A stretch of DNA of 59,742 bases, counting the filler. It is 3 parts of 3 records of this genome, joined end to end, with 100 filler letters (N's around TTAATTAATTAA, not from the genome) between each part and the next. Parts side by side here need not be neighbours in the genome. Positions count along the whole stretch, not along the records: positions 35,057 to 59,742 come from SRR20825019_1291; 2 more parts are not named here. The stretch is one strand, 5' to 3'. The notes beneath the pieces were generated by a model that was not told the DNA's origin, did not search any database, and saw only the letters and a program-made list of their open reading frames with translations. Every line of letters begins with the position of its first letter. The stretch's first letter is position 1. Positions 45,495-55,535 of this stretch are shown here, piece by piece. The position numbers and the translations under genes were made by a program.

Positions 45495-46074
45495 CGATCA
45501 GTTGCTTGAAAGCGTGCGCGCGGTGGCTCATGGCGTGTTTGGCCTTGGGCTCCATTTCCGCGAAGGTGGTATCAAACCCGGTGGGGATGAAAATAGGGTC
45601 ATAGCCAAAACCTTTTTCGCCGCGCATGGGCCAGGTAATGGTGCCAAACACCTTGCCTTCAAAACTTTCCATATGCCCGTCAGGCCAGGCGAGGGTGAGC
45701 GCGCAGGTAAAGTTGGCGGTCTTATCCGGGTTGTTGCCTACCTTCTCCGTCACGGTTTTCATCGCAACATTGAAGTCTTTTTCTTCACCGGCCCAGCGCG
45801 CGCTATAAATGCCCGGCTCACCGCCCAAGGCGCTAACCTCCAACCCGCTATCATCCGCGAGCGACGGCAGGTTTGATGCTTTGGCAGCTGCCAGCGCCTT
45901 GATCTCGGCGTTTGCGATAAAGGTCAGCCCGTCTTCAACAGGTTCGGGCAGGCCGAGGTCACCGGCCGAGATGGTCTCAACACCAAAGGGCGCCAGAAGC
46001 TCCCCAATCTCGCGCACCTTGCCCTTGTTATGGCTGGCGATCACCAGCTTGTTGCTGTCAAAAAGCCGGGACAT
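45472..46074 (-). CDS. rdgB: dITP/XTP pyrophosphatase
   Basis: [32 protein letters not shown]. Confidence 0.96.
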   Translation of the reverse strand: MSRLFDSNKLVIASHNKGKVREIGELLAPFGVETISAGDLGLPEPVEDGLTFIANAEIKALAAAKASNLPSLADDSGLEVSALGGEPGIYSARWAGEEKDFNVAMKTVTEKVGNNPDKTANFTCALTLAWPDGHMESFEGKVFGTITWPMRGEKGFGYDPIFIPTGFDTTFAEMEPKAKHAMSHRAHAFKQLIDACFKNN

Positions 46075-46079
46075 GGGGC

Positions 46080-46796
46080 CTATTTCCCCAAGGCTTTGTT
46101 TTGCGCTGCTTTGATTTCATCGCAGCCGATGCGTGCGAGGCGCAAGAGACGGAGAAACTCTTCTTCAGAGAAAGGTTCTTCTTCCGCCGTGCCCTGAATT
46201 TCCACAATGCCGCCTTTGCCGGTCAATACAAAGTTGGCGTCTGTCTCTGCGGTGCTGTCTTCGTCATAATCCAGATCAAGCACCGGCGTGCCCTGATAGA
46301 TACCGCAGGAGATTGCCGCGATGCTGTCGGTGAACGGCATTTCGTCGATATAACCTTCGCTGATCATCCATTCAAAACACTGGGAGAGCGCAACATAAGC
46401 ACCAGAGATGGAGGCTGTGCGGGTGCCGCCGTCAGCCTGGATCACGTCACAGTCGATACGGATCTGTTTTTCACCAAGTTTGGTGAGGTCAACAACCGCG
46501 CGCATGGCCCGGCCGATCAGGCGCTGGATTTCCTGTGTGCGGCCGGATTGTTTGCCTTTGGCGGCTTCGCGCGCCATGCGCCCGTGGGTGGAACGCGGCA
46601 GCATGCCATATTCAGCCGTAACCCATCCCTTGCCTGTGTTCCTGAGCCAGGGCGGTGTCTGGTCCTCAAACGTTGCGGTTACCAGCACGTGGGTATCGCC
46701 AAATTTCACAAGGCAACTGCCTTCTGCATGTTTGGCAAAACCGGGTGTCATTTCGATAGTACGCATTTCGTCGCTTGAACGGCCGCTCGGTCGCAT
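46080..46796 (-). CDS. rph: Ribonuclease PH
   Basis: [45 protein letters not shown]. Confidence 0.97.
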   Translation of the reverse strand: MRPSGRSSDEMRTIEMTPGFAKHAEGSCLVKFGDTHVLVTATFEDQTPPWLRNTGKGWVTAEYGMLPRSTHGRMAREAAKGKQSGRTQEIQRLIGRAMRAVVDLTKLGEKQIRIDCDVIQADGGTRTASISGAYVALSQCFEWMISEGYIDEMPFTDSIAAISCGIYQGTPVLDLDYDEDSTAETDANFVLTGKGGIVEIQGTAEEEPFSEEEFLRLLRLARIGCDEIKAAQNKALGK

Positions 46797-46893
46797 GAGG
46801 TATCCTTTTTCTAGGTCAACAGATGCCCGTTCTACTCCGCTCAAACCGCGAGGTCAAAGCCTTGCGGCGCAGAATTGGTGATGCGGCGGCGAT

Positions 46894-46982
46894 TGCACAC
46901 ATAAATGCCACACATCACGCCACAGATACGCCGCATATTCGCGCGCACTTGTGCCCCACGCATGCCACACATGCGCCACACC
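46894..46982 (+). repeat. Degenerate GCCACACAT direct repeats with ~11-12 bp period
   Basis: Copies begin near 46894, 46907, 46919, 46930, 46953, 46964 and 46975. Confidence 0.55.
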
Positions 46983-46990
46983 TTGAGAGA

Positions 46991-47018
46991 TTGACGTAGG
47001 GCACTGCCGTACCTACAT
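46991..47018 (+). promoter_or_regulatory. Putative RpoH (sigma32)-type promoter of hrcA
   Basis: TTGAC-N16-CCTACAT resembles the alphaproteobacterial CTTGAA..CCTATAT consensus. Confidence 0.45.
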
Positions 47019-47047
47019 TCACACCAGTGATTGGAGTTGTGCACTGT

Positions 47048-48082
47048 ATGTCGCTTGCCGAATTGAATGAACGCTCAAAAGCGATTTTCCGCCAGATTGT
47101 CGAGACTTATCTCGAAACCGGCGATCCCGTAGGCTCGCGTACCATCAGCCGTACCGGCAGCCTTGGTGTTTCGCCCGCGACCATCCGCAACGTGATGGCG
47201 GACCTTGAGGATGTGGGCCTGCTTGCCGCACCCCATACCTCTGCGGGGCGGATCCCGACCGACATCGGCCTGCGTTTTTTTGTCGATGGTTTGATGGAAA
47301 TTGGCAACCTCACCAAGTCGGAACGTGAGGCAATCCGCGGGAAATGCGCCACTACCGGCCGCGCGGTGGAGGATGTGCTTTCCGAGGCTACCCGCGCGCT
47401 TTCCGGTCTTTCGCGCTGTGCGTCTGTGGTGATGGTACCAAAGCAGGAGCTTTCGGTTCGTCATATCGAATTTGTGCCCATCGCGCCCGGCCGCGCCCTT
47501 GTTGTGCTGGTGGCGGAAGACGGCAGCGTTGAAAACCGCATCATTGATGTACCCATTGGTTTGCCTGCGTCTGCGCTTATTCAGGCGGGCAATTACCTGA
47601 GCGCGCGGCTTGTGGGCCGCTCGATCGATGATGTTGCAAATGCTGTGCATATGGAGTTGAGCGCCAAACAGGCGGAGCTGGATGCGCTGACCACCAAGGT
47701 GGTTGAGGATGGCCTTGCGGTCTGGACCGGGGGTGAAGCGCCGGCGTCGCTCATCATCTCAGGGCAGGGCAACTTGCTTGAAAGTGTGCAGGCGGCGGAA
47801 GATCTTGAGCGTATCCGCCAGCTTTTTGACGAGCTTGAGCGCAAAAAAGACTTGATCAAACTGATGGAGCTTGCCAAAGACGGGCGCGGTGTGCGCTTGT
47901 TTATCGGGGCAGAGAACAATTTATTTTCCCTTTCGGGTTCTTCTCTCGTTGTTTCTCCCTATATGAATGGCGCGAACAAAATTGTCGGCGTGATCGGTGT
48001 GATCGGCCCGACGAGACTGAATTACGCCCGCATCGTGCCCATGGTAGACTATACCGCGCGCGTTGTAGGCCGCCTCCTTTAA
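47048..48082 (+). CDS. hrcA: Heat-inducible transcription repressor HrcA
   Basis: PVGSRT, SPATIRNVMADLE, PHTSAGRIPT, GVIGPTRLNY. Confidence 0.97.
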   Translation: MSLAELNERSKAIFRQIVETYLETGDPVGSRTISRTGSLGVSPATIRNVMADLEDVGLLAAPHTSAGRIPTDIGLRFFVDGLMEIGNLTKSEREAIRGKCATTGRAVEDVLSEATRALSGLSRCASVVMVPKQELSVRHIEFVPIAPGRALVVLVAEDGSVENRIIDVPIGLPASALIQAGNYLSARLVGRSIDDVANAVHMELSAKQAELDALTTKVVEDGLAVWTGGEAPASLIISGQGNLLESVQAAEDLERIRQLFDELERKKDLIKLMELAKDGRGVRLFIGAENNLFSLSGSSLVVSPYMNGANKIVGVIGVIGPTRLNYARIVPMVDYTARVVGRLL

Positions 48083-48118
48083 GGCGATTGAAGAGTAAAC
48101 ACGAGTAGGGCAGATATA

Positions 48119-48706
48119 ATGAGCCAAGAGCAGACAAACGACATGCCAGAAGAAAACCCAGACGTGCCGGAAGAAGAGTTTGCTGAAGACGCTTTTGCAG
48201 GCCAGGAAGACGCGGGCGCTGATGAGGTGGCCAAACTTCAGGCTGAAGTGGCAGAGCTGAAAGACCGCCTGCTTCGCGCTGTGGCGGAGACGGAAAACGT
48301 GCGCCGCCGTGCTGAAAAAGACAAAGCGGATGCAAGCGCTTATGGTGTCACCAATTTCGCGCGCGATATGCTCAATATTTCGGATAACCTGCGCCGCGCG
48401 CTGGATAGCATGCCTGAAAAAGTGGCTGATGATCTCAAGGCCTTCATTGACGGCGTTGAGATGACAGAGCGTGAGCTTCTCAACATTCTTGAGCGCCACG
48501 GCATCAAGAAGGTGAACCCGGAAGTGGGTGAAGCTTTTGACCACAAGTTCCACCAGGCGATGTTTGAAGCACCAACAACCGAGCATGTACCCGGCAGCAT
48601 CATGCAGGTGATAGCACCCGGTTATGTGATCAAGGACCGTTTGCTGCGCCCTGCCATGGTAGGTGTTGCCAAAGGCGAAGTGCAGAAAGTGGACACCGAA
48701 GTTTAA
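48119..48706 (+). CDS. grpE: Nucleotide exchange factor GrpE
   Basis: LRAVAETENVRRR, DNLRRAL, FDHKFHQAM, GY..KDRLLRPAMV. Confidence 0.97.
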   Translation: MSQEQTNDMPEENPDVPEEEFAEDAFAGQEDAGADEVAKLQAEVAELKDRLLRAVAETENVRRRAEKDKADASAYGVTNFARDMLNISDNLRRALDSMPEKVADDLKAFIDGVEMTERELLNILERHGIKKVNPEVGEAFDHKFHQAMFEAPTTEHVPGSIMQVIAPGYVIKDRLLRPAMVGVAKGEVQKVDTEV

Positions 48707-48730
48707 CCACTTTCGCCGCTAGCGTTGAGG

Positions 48731-48756
48731 AAGCCCGGTTTTGCCGGGCTTTTTTT
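48731..48756 (+). terminator. Intrinsic terminator after grpE
   Basis: AAGCCCGG-TTTTG-CCGGGCTT followed by a T run. Confidence 0.85.
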
Positions 48757-48833
48757 GTTTGGCCTGTCACGCGCACGTCATTAGTCTCTGCATCAATGCG
48801 GGCTCGTTCAATGAGCGTTTGTAGGGGATAAAG

Positions 48834-49820
48834 ATGCTAAAGGCAGCCATTAAAACCACGCTTTTTTCTGCGGTATTATCCGCTAGTGCTTTTGCTGCGG
48901 ATACCAGCTTCCTTGTGTTTGGGGACATGCCCTACAACAAGGAACAGTTCCAGCAGATGCAGGCTTTAAGCGTTGAGCTGAAGGCGCGGGATACGGCCCA
49001 CAAGCTGCCGTTTGGCATTTTTTATGGCGACACCAAAGCGGGTGGCGAGCGCTGCACCAGGGAGCGCCTGACTGAGAACCGTGATCTTATCCTGGGCATG
49101 ATCAATGCGCCGGTGTTTTTCACCCCGGGCGATAACGACTGGACAGACTGTGACCGTGGCGGTGATGACGAGCTGCATATTCTGGATAACGTGTTGCGGC
49201 CGCTGTATTTCTCAGGCGATATGCTGCCCGAGAACCGGTTTGAGGAAGCGGCCGCGTGGCAGGTTAACCGCCAACCTCGTTTTCCTGAAAATGTGCGCTG
49301 GCGCTACCATGACATCCAGTTTGGGGCACTTCATATCCTCGCGACAGGCAATGGCCGTGAAGAAATCAGCGTTGGTGATGTTGCCGAGAAGCTTGACCGG
49401 GTTGACGCGCGGGATGCTGCCAATCTGGAATGGCTCGCGGATATTTTCATTGCGGGTGGTGATGCCAAAGCCCTTGTGCTCGCGATCCATACAGATCCCA
49501 CCAAAACCGATGACAGCCTGCCAAGCTGCAACGCCGATATCAGGCAGAACTGCCACCCCTATCGGGATTTTCTCGCGGCGCTTAAGGGCCACGCCCAAAA
49601 CTACGGCAAGCCGGTGCTTCTGGTGCACGGCGATACCAACCCTTACTGTGTTCAGGAAGGCTATCTGGGGGCTCAGAATTTAACCCGCCTCAATGCATCA
49701 GGCGATTATCACCCCGGTATGACGGAGGTGCGCTTCGCGGCCCAAGCAGGCGCTTTCCGTTTCCATCACCTCGGGGAAGGTGACAGCTTCAAAGAAACCT
49801 GCCCACTGAAAGGCGAGTAG
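48834..49820 (+). CDS. Secreted calcineurin-like metallophosphoesterase
   Basis: Signal peptide; FGDMPY, YGDTK, TPGDNDWTDC, LVHGDT metal-binding motifs. Confidence 0.8.
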   Translation: MLKAAIKTTLFSAVLSASAFAADTSFLVFGDMPYNKEQFQQMQALSVELKARDTAHKLPFGIFYGDTKAGGERCTRERLTENRDLILGMINAPVFFTPGDNDWTDCDRGGDDELHILDNVLRPLYFSGDMLPENRFEEAAAWQVNRQPRFPENVRWRYHDIQFGALHILATGNGREEISVGDVAEKLDRVDARDAANLEWLADIFIAGGDAKALVLAIHTDPTKTDDSLPSCNADIRQNCHPYRDFLAALKGHAQNYGKPVLLVHGDTNPYCVQEGYLGAQNLTRLNASGDYHPGMTEVRFAAQAGAFRFHHLGEGDSFKETCPLKGE

Positions 49821-49888
49821 CTTCAAAACGCATAAATAGGCGTTGTTTATAGTCGTCTACGTCGATTGAGGTGAGGCCGAGTCGTTTA

Positions 49889-49903
49889 GAACAAATCGGG
49901 AAC
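49889..49903. promoter_or_regulatory. Alphaproteobacterial LexA (SOS) box
   Basis: GAAC-AAATCGG-GAAC = GAAC-N7-GAAC. Confidence 0.65.
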
Positions 49904-50021
49904 TTGATCTCATATATTGTAGTATGTAGAAAATTTATCCATATATATAGTATACTTATGTACATATAACACTTTGTCTTGACTCCGCGAGCAGCTCTCC
50001 GACAAACTTTATAGGATGAGT

Positions 50022-50066
50022 AAACAAAAGGCCGTTATGGGCGGCAACCCTTAACGGCCTGTGTTT
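50022..50066 (+). other. Long stem-loop in the leader of the DUF3892-like gene
   Basis: AGGCCGTTA-T-GGG-CGGCAA-CCC-T-TAACGGCCT, extended by AAACA/TGTTT. Confidence 0.6.
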
Positions 50067-50181
50067 GCGATCCGCAATATGATTGACGTCAGGAGCGGAC
50101 TGCTGTGTAGATAAGGGAAATATTCCCGAAAACGGTATGAAGGTCAAGCCTGTCGTCTTTAATATCAAGGAGTCGAAGGCG

Positions 50182-50469
50182 ATGGCCAAGACGCAGACTA
50201 TTAGGTGCATCAATAAAGATGATCGTTTGAACCCCTATGAACGGATCATTTCGGTCGGAGGGGTAAATCCAGACAGTTCTCGCTGGAAAATAAGCCAGAA
50301 AAAAGCAATTTCGGGTATCAAATCTGGCGAGTGGGTTTACTATGTAGGCACTGGTAAAGACAGGGTGAGGGTTGTTGTTGCTCAAAGCCCTTATGGAAAT
50401 GATTACATCAAAACCCAATCTGATGGTAAGGAGCCGAACAACTTGCTCAACCTACCTGAGTGTCCATAA
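50182..50469 (+). CDS. DUF3892-like protein
   Basis: AAGGAG RBS; IRCINK...HERI-like YERI...VGG...[16 protein letters not shown] signature. Confidence 0.85.
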   Translation: MAKTQTIRCINKDDRLNPYERIISVGGVNPDSSRWKISQKKAISGIKSGEWVYYVGTGKDRVRVVVAQSPYGNDYIKTQSDGKEPNNLLNLPECP

Positions 50470-50484
50470 TTATCAGAAAATAAC

Positions 50485-50511
50485 AAAGGCCGCCAAAACT
50501 GGCGGCCTTTT
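50485..50511. terminator. Bidirectional intrinsic terminator
   Basis: AAAGGCCGCCA-AAAC-TGGCGGCCTTTT between convergent genes. Confidence 0.85.
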
Positions 50512-50531
50512 GTGTCGGGGGTTGGTTTCGC

Positions 50532-52115
50532 TTAAGCGACGGCTTTGCCGTTGATGGCTTTTTCCACCAGCTCGAGCGTTTCCTTGATGCCGTATAGGGC
50601 GATGAAACCGCCCATGCGTGGGCCCTGGCTTTGGCCCAGCAGCACTTCATAACAGGCGCCAAACCAGTCGCGCAGGTTATCAAACTGCGCGTCTTTACCG
50701 GCGGAATACACCTCGGTCATGATCACCTCGGCGTCGGTCTCGTTCGCGTCCAGATCCTCAAGGCGGCGCTTCAGGCTCTCAAACGCCGCACGTTCCTGCG
50801 GTTCCGCCAGGCGGTAGGATTTGTTCGGTTTTACAAAATCCTCATAATAGCGGATCGCATAGCCCATCAGCTTATCAAGCTCAGGGAAGGTTTCTGCCGT
50901 TGCGCCCTCTGCATAACGACCCACAAACCCCCACAGGGTTTCACGGTCTTCCGCATTGGCGGCGGAAACGAGGTTGAGCAGAAGCGCGAAGCTCACCGGC
51001 AGTTTGGCATCCGGCACTTCGCCGCCATGGATGTGCCATGCCGGGTTTTTATAGCGGTCCAGCGCTTCCTGTTCCTGATATTTGCCAACGAAGGTGTAAT
51101 ATTCATCAACCGCCTTGGGGATGACGTCAAAATACAGGCGCTTGGCTTTCTTTGGGCTCTGGAACATGTAAAGCGACAGGCTCTCGGGGCTCGCATAGGC
51201 CAGCCACTCTTCAATCGTCAGGCCATTGCCTTTGGATTTGGAGATTTTCTGCCCGTCCTGGTCAAGGAACAGTTCATAATTGAAGCCTTCAGGCGGTTGG
51301 CCGCCCAGAATGCGACGGATAATGCTGGAAAGCTTCACGCTTTCAATCAGGTCAGAGCCCGCCATTTCATAGTCAACGTCGAGCGCATCCCAGCGCATGG
51401 CCCAGTCAACCTTCCACTGGCATTTCACCCGGCCGCCGGTCACCAAGGTTTCCGTGCGCTTGCCGGATACATCCTCAAACGAGATGAGGCCCGCCTCCGG
51501 GTCTTCAATGCGCACAGGCACCTGTAGTACTTCACCAGTCTCGGGGCTGATCGGCAGGAAAGGTGAATAGGTCTGGCGGCGTTCTTCACCCAGCGTTGGC
51601 AGGATCACATTGATGATCTTGTCGTAGCGCTGGCAGATTTTCACCAGTGTCTCGTCAAACCGGCCGGATTTGTAGCAGTCCGTTGCCGAATAAAACTCAT
51701 AAGTGAAGCCAAACTGGTCAAGGAAGGCTTGCAGGCGTGCGTTGTTGTGCGCGCCAAAGCTTGCGTGTGTGCCAAAAGGGTCCGGCACCACGGTTAGCGG
51801 CTTGCCAATGGCGGCTGCCAGCAATTCCTGGTTTGGTACGTTTGTTGGTACTTTCCTCAGGCCGTCCATATCATCCGAGAAACAGATCAGCTTGGTCGGG
51901 ATGTCCGAGATTTCACGGAAGGCGCGCATCACCATGGTGGTGCGGGAAACCTCACCAAAGGTGCCGATGTGCGGCAGGCCAGAAGGCCCATAGCCGGTTT
52001 CAAACAGCACATACCCCTTTTCAGGTGCGCCCGATTTATACCGTTTGACCAGCTTCTCTGCTTCCTGGAATGGCCAAGCTTTGCTGGAGAGGGCGAGATC
52101 AATATTACCGGTCAT
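50532..52115 (-). CDS. lysS: Lysine--tRNA ligase, class I
   Basis: ETGYGPSGLPHIGTFGE (HIGH-like), KISKSKGN (KMSKS-like), GPRMG. Confidence 0.96.
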   Translation of the reverse strand: MTGNIDLALSSKAWPFQEAEKLVKRYKSGAPEKGYVLFETGYGPSGLPHIGTFGEVSRTTMVMRAFREISDIPTKLICFSDDMDGLRKVPTNVPNQELLAAAIGKPLTVVPDPFGTHASFGAHNNARLQAFLDQFGFTYEFYSATDCYKSGRFDETLVKICQRYDKIINVILPTLGEERRQTYSPFLPISPETGEVLQVPVRIEDPEAGLISFEDVSGKRTETLVTGGRVKCQWKVDWAMRWDALDVDYEMAGSDLIESVKLSSIIRRILGGQPPEGFNYELFLDQDGQKISKSKGNGLTIEEWLAYASPESLSLYMFQSPKKAKRLYFDVIPKAVDEYYTFVGKYQEQEALDRYKNPAWHIHGGEVPDAKLPVSFALLLNLVSAANAEDRETLWGFVGRYAEGATAETFPELDKLMGYAIRYYEDFVKPNKSYRLAEPQERAAFESLKRRLEDLDANETDAEVIMTEVYSAGKDAQFDNLRDWFGACYEVLLGQSQGPRMGGFIALYGIKETLELVEKAINGKAVA

Positions 52116-52240
52116 AATCGGTTACCTTCATTTGGGGTTTTTAACGCGCGGAAGCTAGGGTCTGCGCGCAGTTCCGTCAAGATATACTGCTTTTCATTTC
52201 AGGCAACATATTCACCTGTTTTTCTGCGAACTGTGGCGAT

Positions 52241-55042
52241 ATGCTCCCGCCCATGGAAGACCTTGTTGTTAGTGCGGAAGCGAAAAGCATCATCCTTGAG
52301 CAACTACCCGTAGCGGTGGTTGGGGTCAGGCATGTGCAATTTTTGACGGAGGACGGGGCTTTTGAGGTCACCGGCCTTGATGAGGGCGCGGAACGTATCA
52401 GCCGCGCGCCGCACCTGTTGGTCAACCGGGTTATCGCTGCCCGGCGGCTGAGGCTTGGGCCTATCCGTGCGTTTGATGTGCTGGAGCTATACGCATTTGT
52501 CAGGCCCGCGCGTTACTGTTTGCCCACGGTTCAGGGGTTACGGGACGCCTTGCAGCTTGATATGCCACTCGACTCAGACGAAGACCGTTGCCTTTGTATC
52601 CGTGAAGTTGCCCTTCGCCTGATTGCGGATATGGAAGCCCAAACCTACCGTTACCGCGCAGGCGGCTCAAAAGTTGCGATGATGATGGCGCGGGCCGGGT
52701 GGCCGTGGGGGCCGCATGTTTTGCGCGCGATTGAAACCTACGCCGACCATAGCCGGGAAGACGGCATGGCCGTTTGGTCTGCGCTCTCTGACTGGGAGGA
52801 TGCTGGCCCACCACCTCCGGCAGGCGATGAGGGGGTAGACGCGGAAGAGGCAAAAAGTCGTCTGGCTGAACTTTTGGGTGAAGGGTCTGAAAGCCGGGAA
52901 GGGCAGGTCAGATATTCAGCCGCCGCCGTGCATGCTTTTAAGCCCCGCGAGTTTGAAGAAGGGCCGAACCTCCAGCTTCTGGAGGCGGGCACAGGTACCG
53001 GTAAAACGCTTGGCTATATTGCGCCCGCAAGCCGCTGGGCTGAGAAGAACGACGGCGCTGTCTGGCTTTCAACTTACACCAAAAACCTGCAACGTCAGCT
53101 TGATCAGGAACTTTCAAAGCTTTACCCGGACCCGCGCATCAAAGCCAAACGTGCGGTTATTCGGAAGGGGCGGGAGAATTATGCCTGCCTGCTGAATATT
53201 GAAGAAACGCTGCGCGCAGTGATGATGCGGGCGCAAGCGGGGCCTGGAAGCCCGCCCAGGGGGAATACGCTTGGCGGGGAGCGGGACAGGCTCCTGATAG
53301 GTCTCGTGCTCAGGTGGGCGCGCTATACCCGTGACGGTGATATGATCGGCGGTGATTTCCCCAGCTGGCTTGGTGGCCACTTTGGCGTGGGCCGTATCGC
53401 GGGGCTGACGGACCGGCGCGGCGAATGCCTTTATTCGGCTTGTGCGCACTTCCGTAAATGTTTTGTCGAGAAAACGGCGCGTAAAGCCAAAAACGCAGAC
53501 CTCGTGGTGGCAAACCACGCACTTGTTGTGGCGCAGGCCGCGACGCGCTTTGGCGACCCGGAGCTGCCCAAACGCATTGTGTTTGATGAAGGACACCATG
53601 TTTTTGAGGCGGCGGACAGCGCGTTTTCTGTCCGGCTTTCCGGGCTTGAAGGGGCGGAGCTCAGGCGTTGGCTCCGGGGCAAGGAGCAGGGCGGCAGCAC
53701 GCGGGCACGCGGGCTCAAGTCGCGCGTTGAAGAGCTGGTTGTTGATGATATGGACGCCAAGCGTTTGCTTGAGGAAGTGCTTGAGGCTGCGACCATTCTG
53801 CCGTCTGACAACTGGCTTGGCCGGGTAACGGGTGCCGCCGCGATGACTCGGTTTGAAAGTTTTCTGATGCTGGTGCGGGCCCAAGTGATGGCACGGTCAG
53901 ACGCACGCGGGCCCCACTCGCTTGAAGCAACAACAAATGACCCGATTGAAGGGCTGACAGATGCGGCGCACGCGCTGGCCGAAGCGCTCAAAAACCTCGC
54001 GCATCCGATGCAGGCGCTTTCGACCGCACTCCTGAGGCGGCTGGATGAAGACGCTGATGTGCTGGACACAAGCGCGCGAGGCAGGCTTGAGACCAGCGCG
54101 CGGTCCGTGAAGCAGCGCGCGGATATGGTCACCACTTGGGCTGCGATGGCCGAGGGGTTCGGCGGGCCGCTGCCGGAAGAGTTTGTTGAATGGCTTGAGG
54201 TTGACCGCTTTGACGGGCGCGACCGGGATATGGCGCTTTGCCGCCACTTCGTCGACCCCACCAAACCCTTTGCGGATATCGTGCTTGATCAGGCCCACGG
54301 TGTGGTGATTACGTCTGCCACGCTCAGGGACAAAGCGGCCGAGGAAAACGACTGGACTTCTGCCGACATGCGCACCGGCGCGCAGCACCTGCTTATTCCG
54401 CCAAAGCGGCTTTCGGTGCCGTCGCCCTTTGATTATGCCACAAAAACAAAGGTGCTGATTGTGGGGGATGTGAACAAACACGACCCCGGGCAGGTCGCTG
54501 CTGCTTACCGTTCGCTTTTTCTCGCGTCCGGTGGTGGCGCGCTTGGGCTTTTTACCGCGATCAGTCGGCTTCGGGTAACCTATGAGCATATTGTCGGCCC
54601 GCTCGAGGATATGGATATCCCGCTTTATGCCCAGCATGTGGACCCTGTGGACACGGCGACGCTTGTGGATATCTTCCGCGATGAAGCGCATGCCTGCCTT
54701 CTTGGTACCGATGCGGTCAGGGACGGGGTGGACGTGCCGGGGGAAAGCTTGCGGCTGATTGTTTTTGACCGGGTGCCGTGGCCGCGGCCCACGCTGCTGC
54801 ACCGCGCCCGGCGTGCGGCTTTTGGTGGCAGGCATTATGATGAGATGCTGACCCGGCTCAAGCTCGCGCAAGCTTATGGCCGCCTTGTGCGCCGCGCGGA
54901 TGATAAGGGCTTGTTCATCATGCTGGATGGACAGACACCAACACGCCTTCTTGATGCGATGCCGCCGGGGGTTGAGGTGGCACGGGTTGGGCTCGCGGAA
55001 GCAGTGCAGACAGTGTGTGAGTTTTTTCCGCAAAACGCTTGA
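52241..55042 (+). CDS. dinG: DinG family ATP-dependent DNA helicase
   Basis: EAGTGTGKT, KGRENYAC, CLYSACAHFRKC, VFDEGHH, TSATL, GVDVPG, QAYGRLVR. Confidence 0.9.
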   Translation: MLPPMEDLVVSAEAKSIILEQLPVAVVGVRHVQFLTEDGAFEVTGLDEGAERISRAPHLLVNRVIAARRLRLGPIRAFDVLELYAFVRPARYCLPTVQGLRDALQLDMPLDSDEDRCLCIREVALRLIADMEAQTYRYRAGGSKVAMMMARAGWPWGPHVLRAIETYADHSREDGMAVWSALSDWEDAGPPPPAGDEGVDAEEAKSRLAELLGEGSESREGQVRYSAAAVHAFKPREFEEGPNLQLLEAGTGTGKTLGYIAPASRWAEKNDGAVWLSTYTKNLQRQLDQELSKLYPDPRIKAKRAVIRKGRENYACLLNIEETLRAVMMRAQAGPGSPPRGNTLGGERDRLLIGLVLRWARYTRDGDMIGGDFPSWLGGHFGVGRIAGLTDRRGECLYSACAHFRKCFVEKTARKAKNADLVVANHALVVAQAATRFGDPELPKRIVFDEGHHVFEAADSAFSVRLSGLEGAELRRWLRGKEQGGSTRARGLKSRVEELVVDDMDAKRLLEEVLEAATILPSDNWLGRVTGAAAMTRFESFLMLVRAQVMARSDARGPHSLEATTNDPIEGLTDAAHALAEALKNLAHPMQALSTALLRRLDEDADVLDTSARGRLETSARSVKQRADMVTTWAAMAEGFGGPLPEEFVEWLEVDRFDGRDRDMALCRHFVDPTKPFADIVLDQAHGVVITSATLRDKAAEENDWTSADMRTGAQHLLIPPKRLSVPSPFDYATKTKVLIVGDVNKHDPGQVAAAYRSLFLASGGGALGLFTAISRLRVTYEHIVGPLEDMDIPLYAQHVDPVDTATLVDIFRDEAHACLLGTDAVRDGVDVPGESLRLIVFDRVPWPRPTLLHRARRAAFGGRHYDEMLTRLKLAQAYGRLVRRADDKGLFIMLDGQTPTRLLDAMPPGVEVARVGLAEAVQTVCEFFPQNA

Positions 55043-55094
55043 GGGCATACCGCTTTAGCCCTAACGTATGGCCAGAGTTACGAGAGGAAAAACC

Positions 55095-55508
55095 ATGTCG
55101 ACCATAAGCCCAGAAACCGCCCTGATATACACGCTTGTGACCGTTTCCGCCTCAGACGAGGAGATGACGGATACGGAGTTGAACCGCATGACGGGGATCG
55201 TTGGGTACCTGCCCGCGTTCCGCAATTATAATGTTGAAAAGCTGCGCTCAGACACGAACAGCTGTATCGAACTGCTGCAAAGTGAAGAGGGGCTGGACGC
55301 TGTGATGGGCCTCGTGGAAGAAGCGATCCCTGAAAGCCACAGTGATCTGGTGTACGCGCTTGCCTGTGAAGTGGCGGCATCGGACGGCAACCTGACCCAA
55401 GAAGAGTTGCTTCTTCTCGAGATGATCCGTCATGCGCTGGATATTGACCGGCTGACAGCTGCTGCGATTGAACGTGGCGCGGCTGCGCGGCAGAAAACAT
55501 TCAACTGA
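55095..55508 (+). CDS. TerB family protein
   Basis: VSASDEEMTDTE...YALACEVAASDG...EE...DRLTAAAIE. Confidence 0.85.
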   Translation: MSTISPETALIYTLVTVSASDEEMTDTELNRMTGIVGYLPAFRNYNVEKLRSDTNSCIELLQSEEGLDAVMGLVEEAIPESHSDLVYALACEVAASDGNLTQEELLLLEMIRHALDIDRLTAAAIERGAAARQKTFN

Positions 55509-55535
55509 TTTCTGCGAGGGTGAGCTAAGAATTTC

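Noticed and set aside
46985-47047. CIRCE element upstream of hrcA
   Set aside because: No TTAGCACTC-N9-GAGTGCTAA match
49908-49970. NrdR-box-like ATATAT tracts
   Set aside because: Only partial matches in low-complexity AT sequence, and no nrd gene nearby
52241-55508. dinG plus terB as a defence system (type IV CRISPR or Ter island)
   Set aside because: No cas genes, array or other ter genes; GC matches the host, and both look like ordinary alphaproteobacterial chromosomal genes next to lysS
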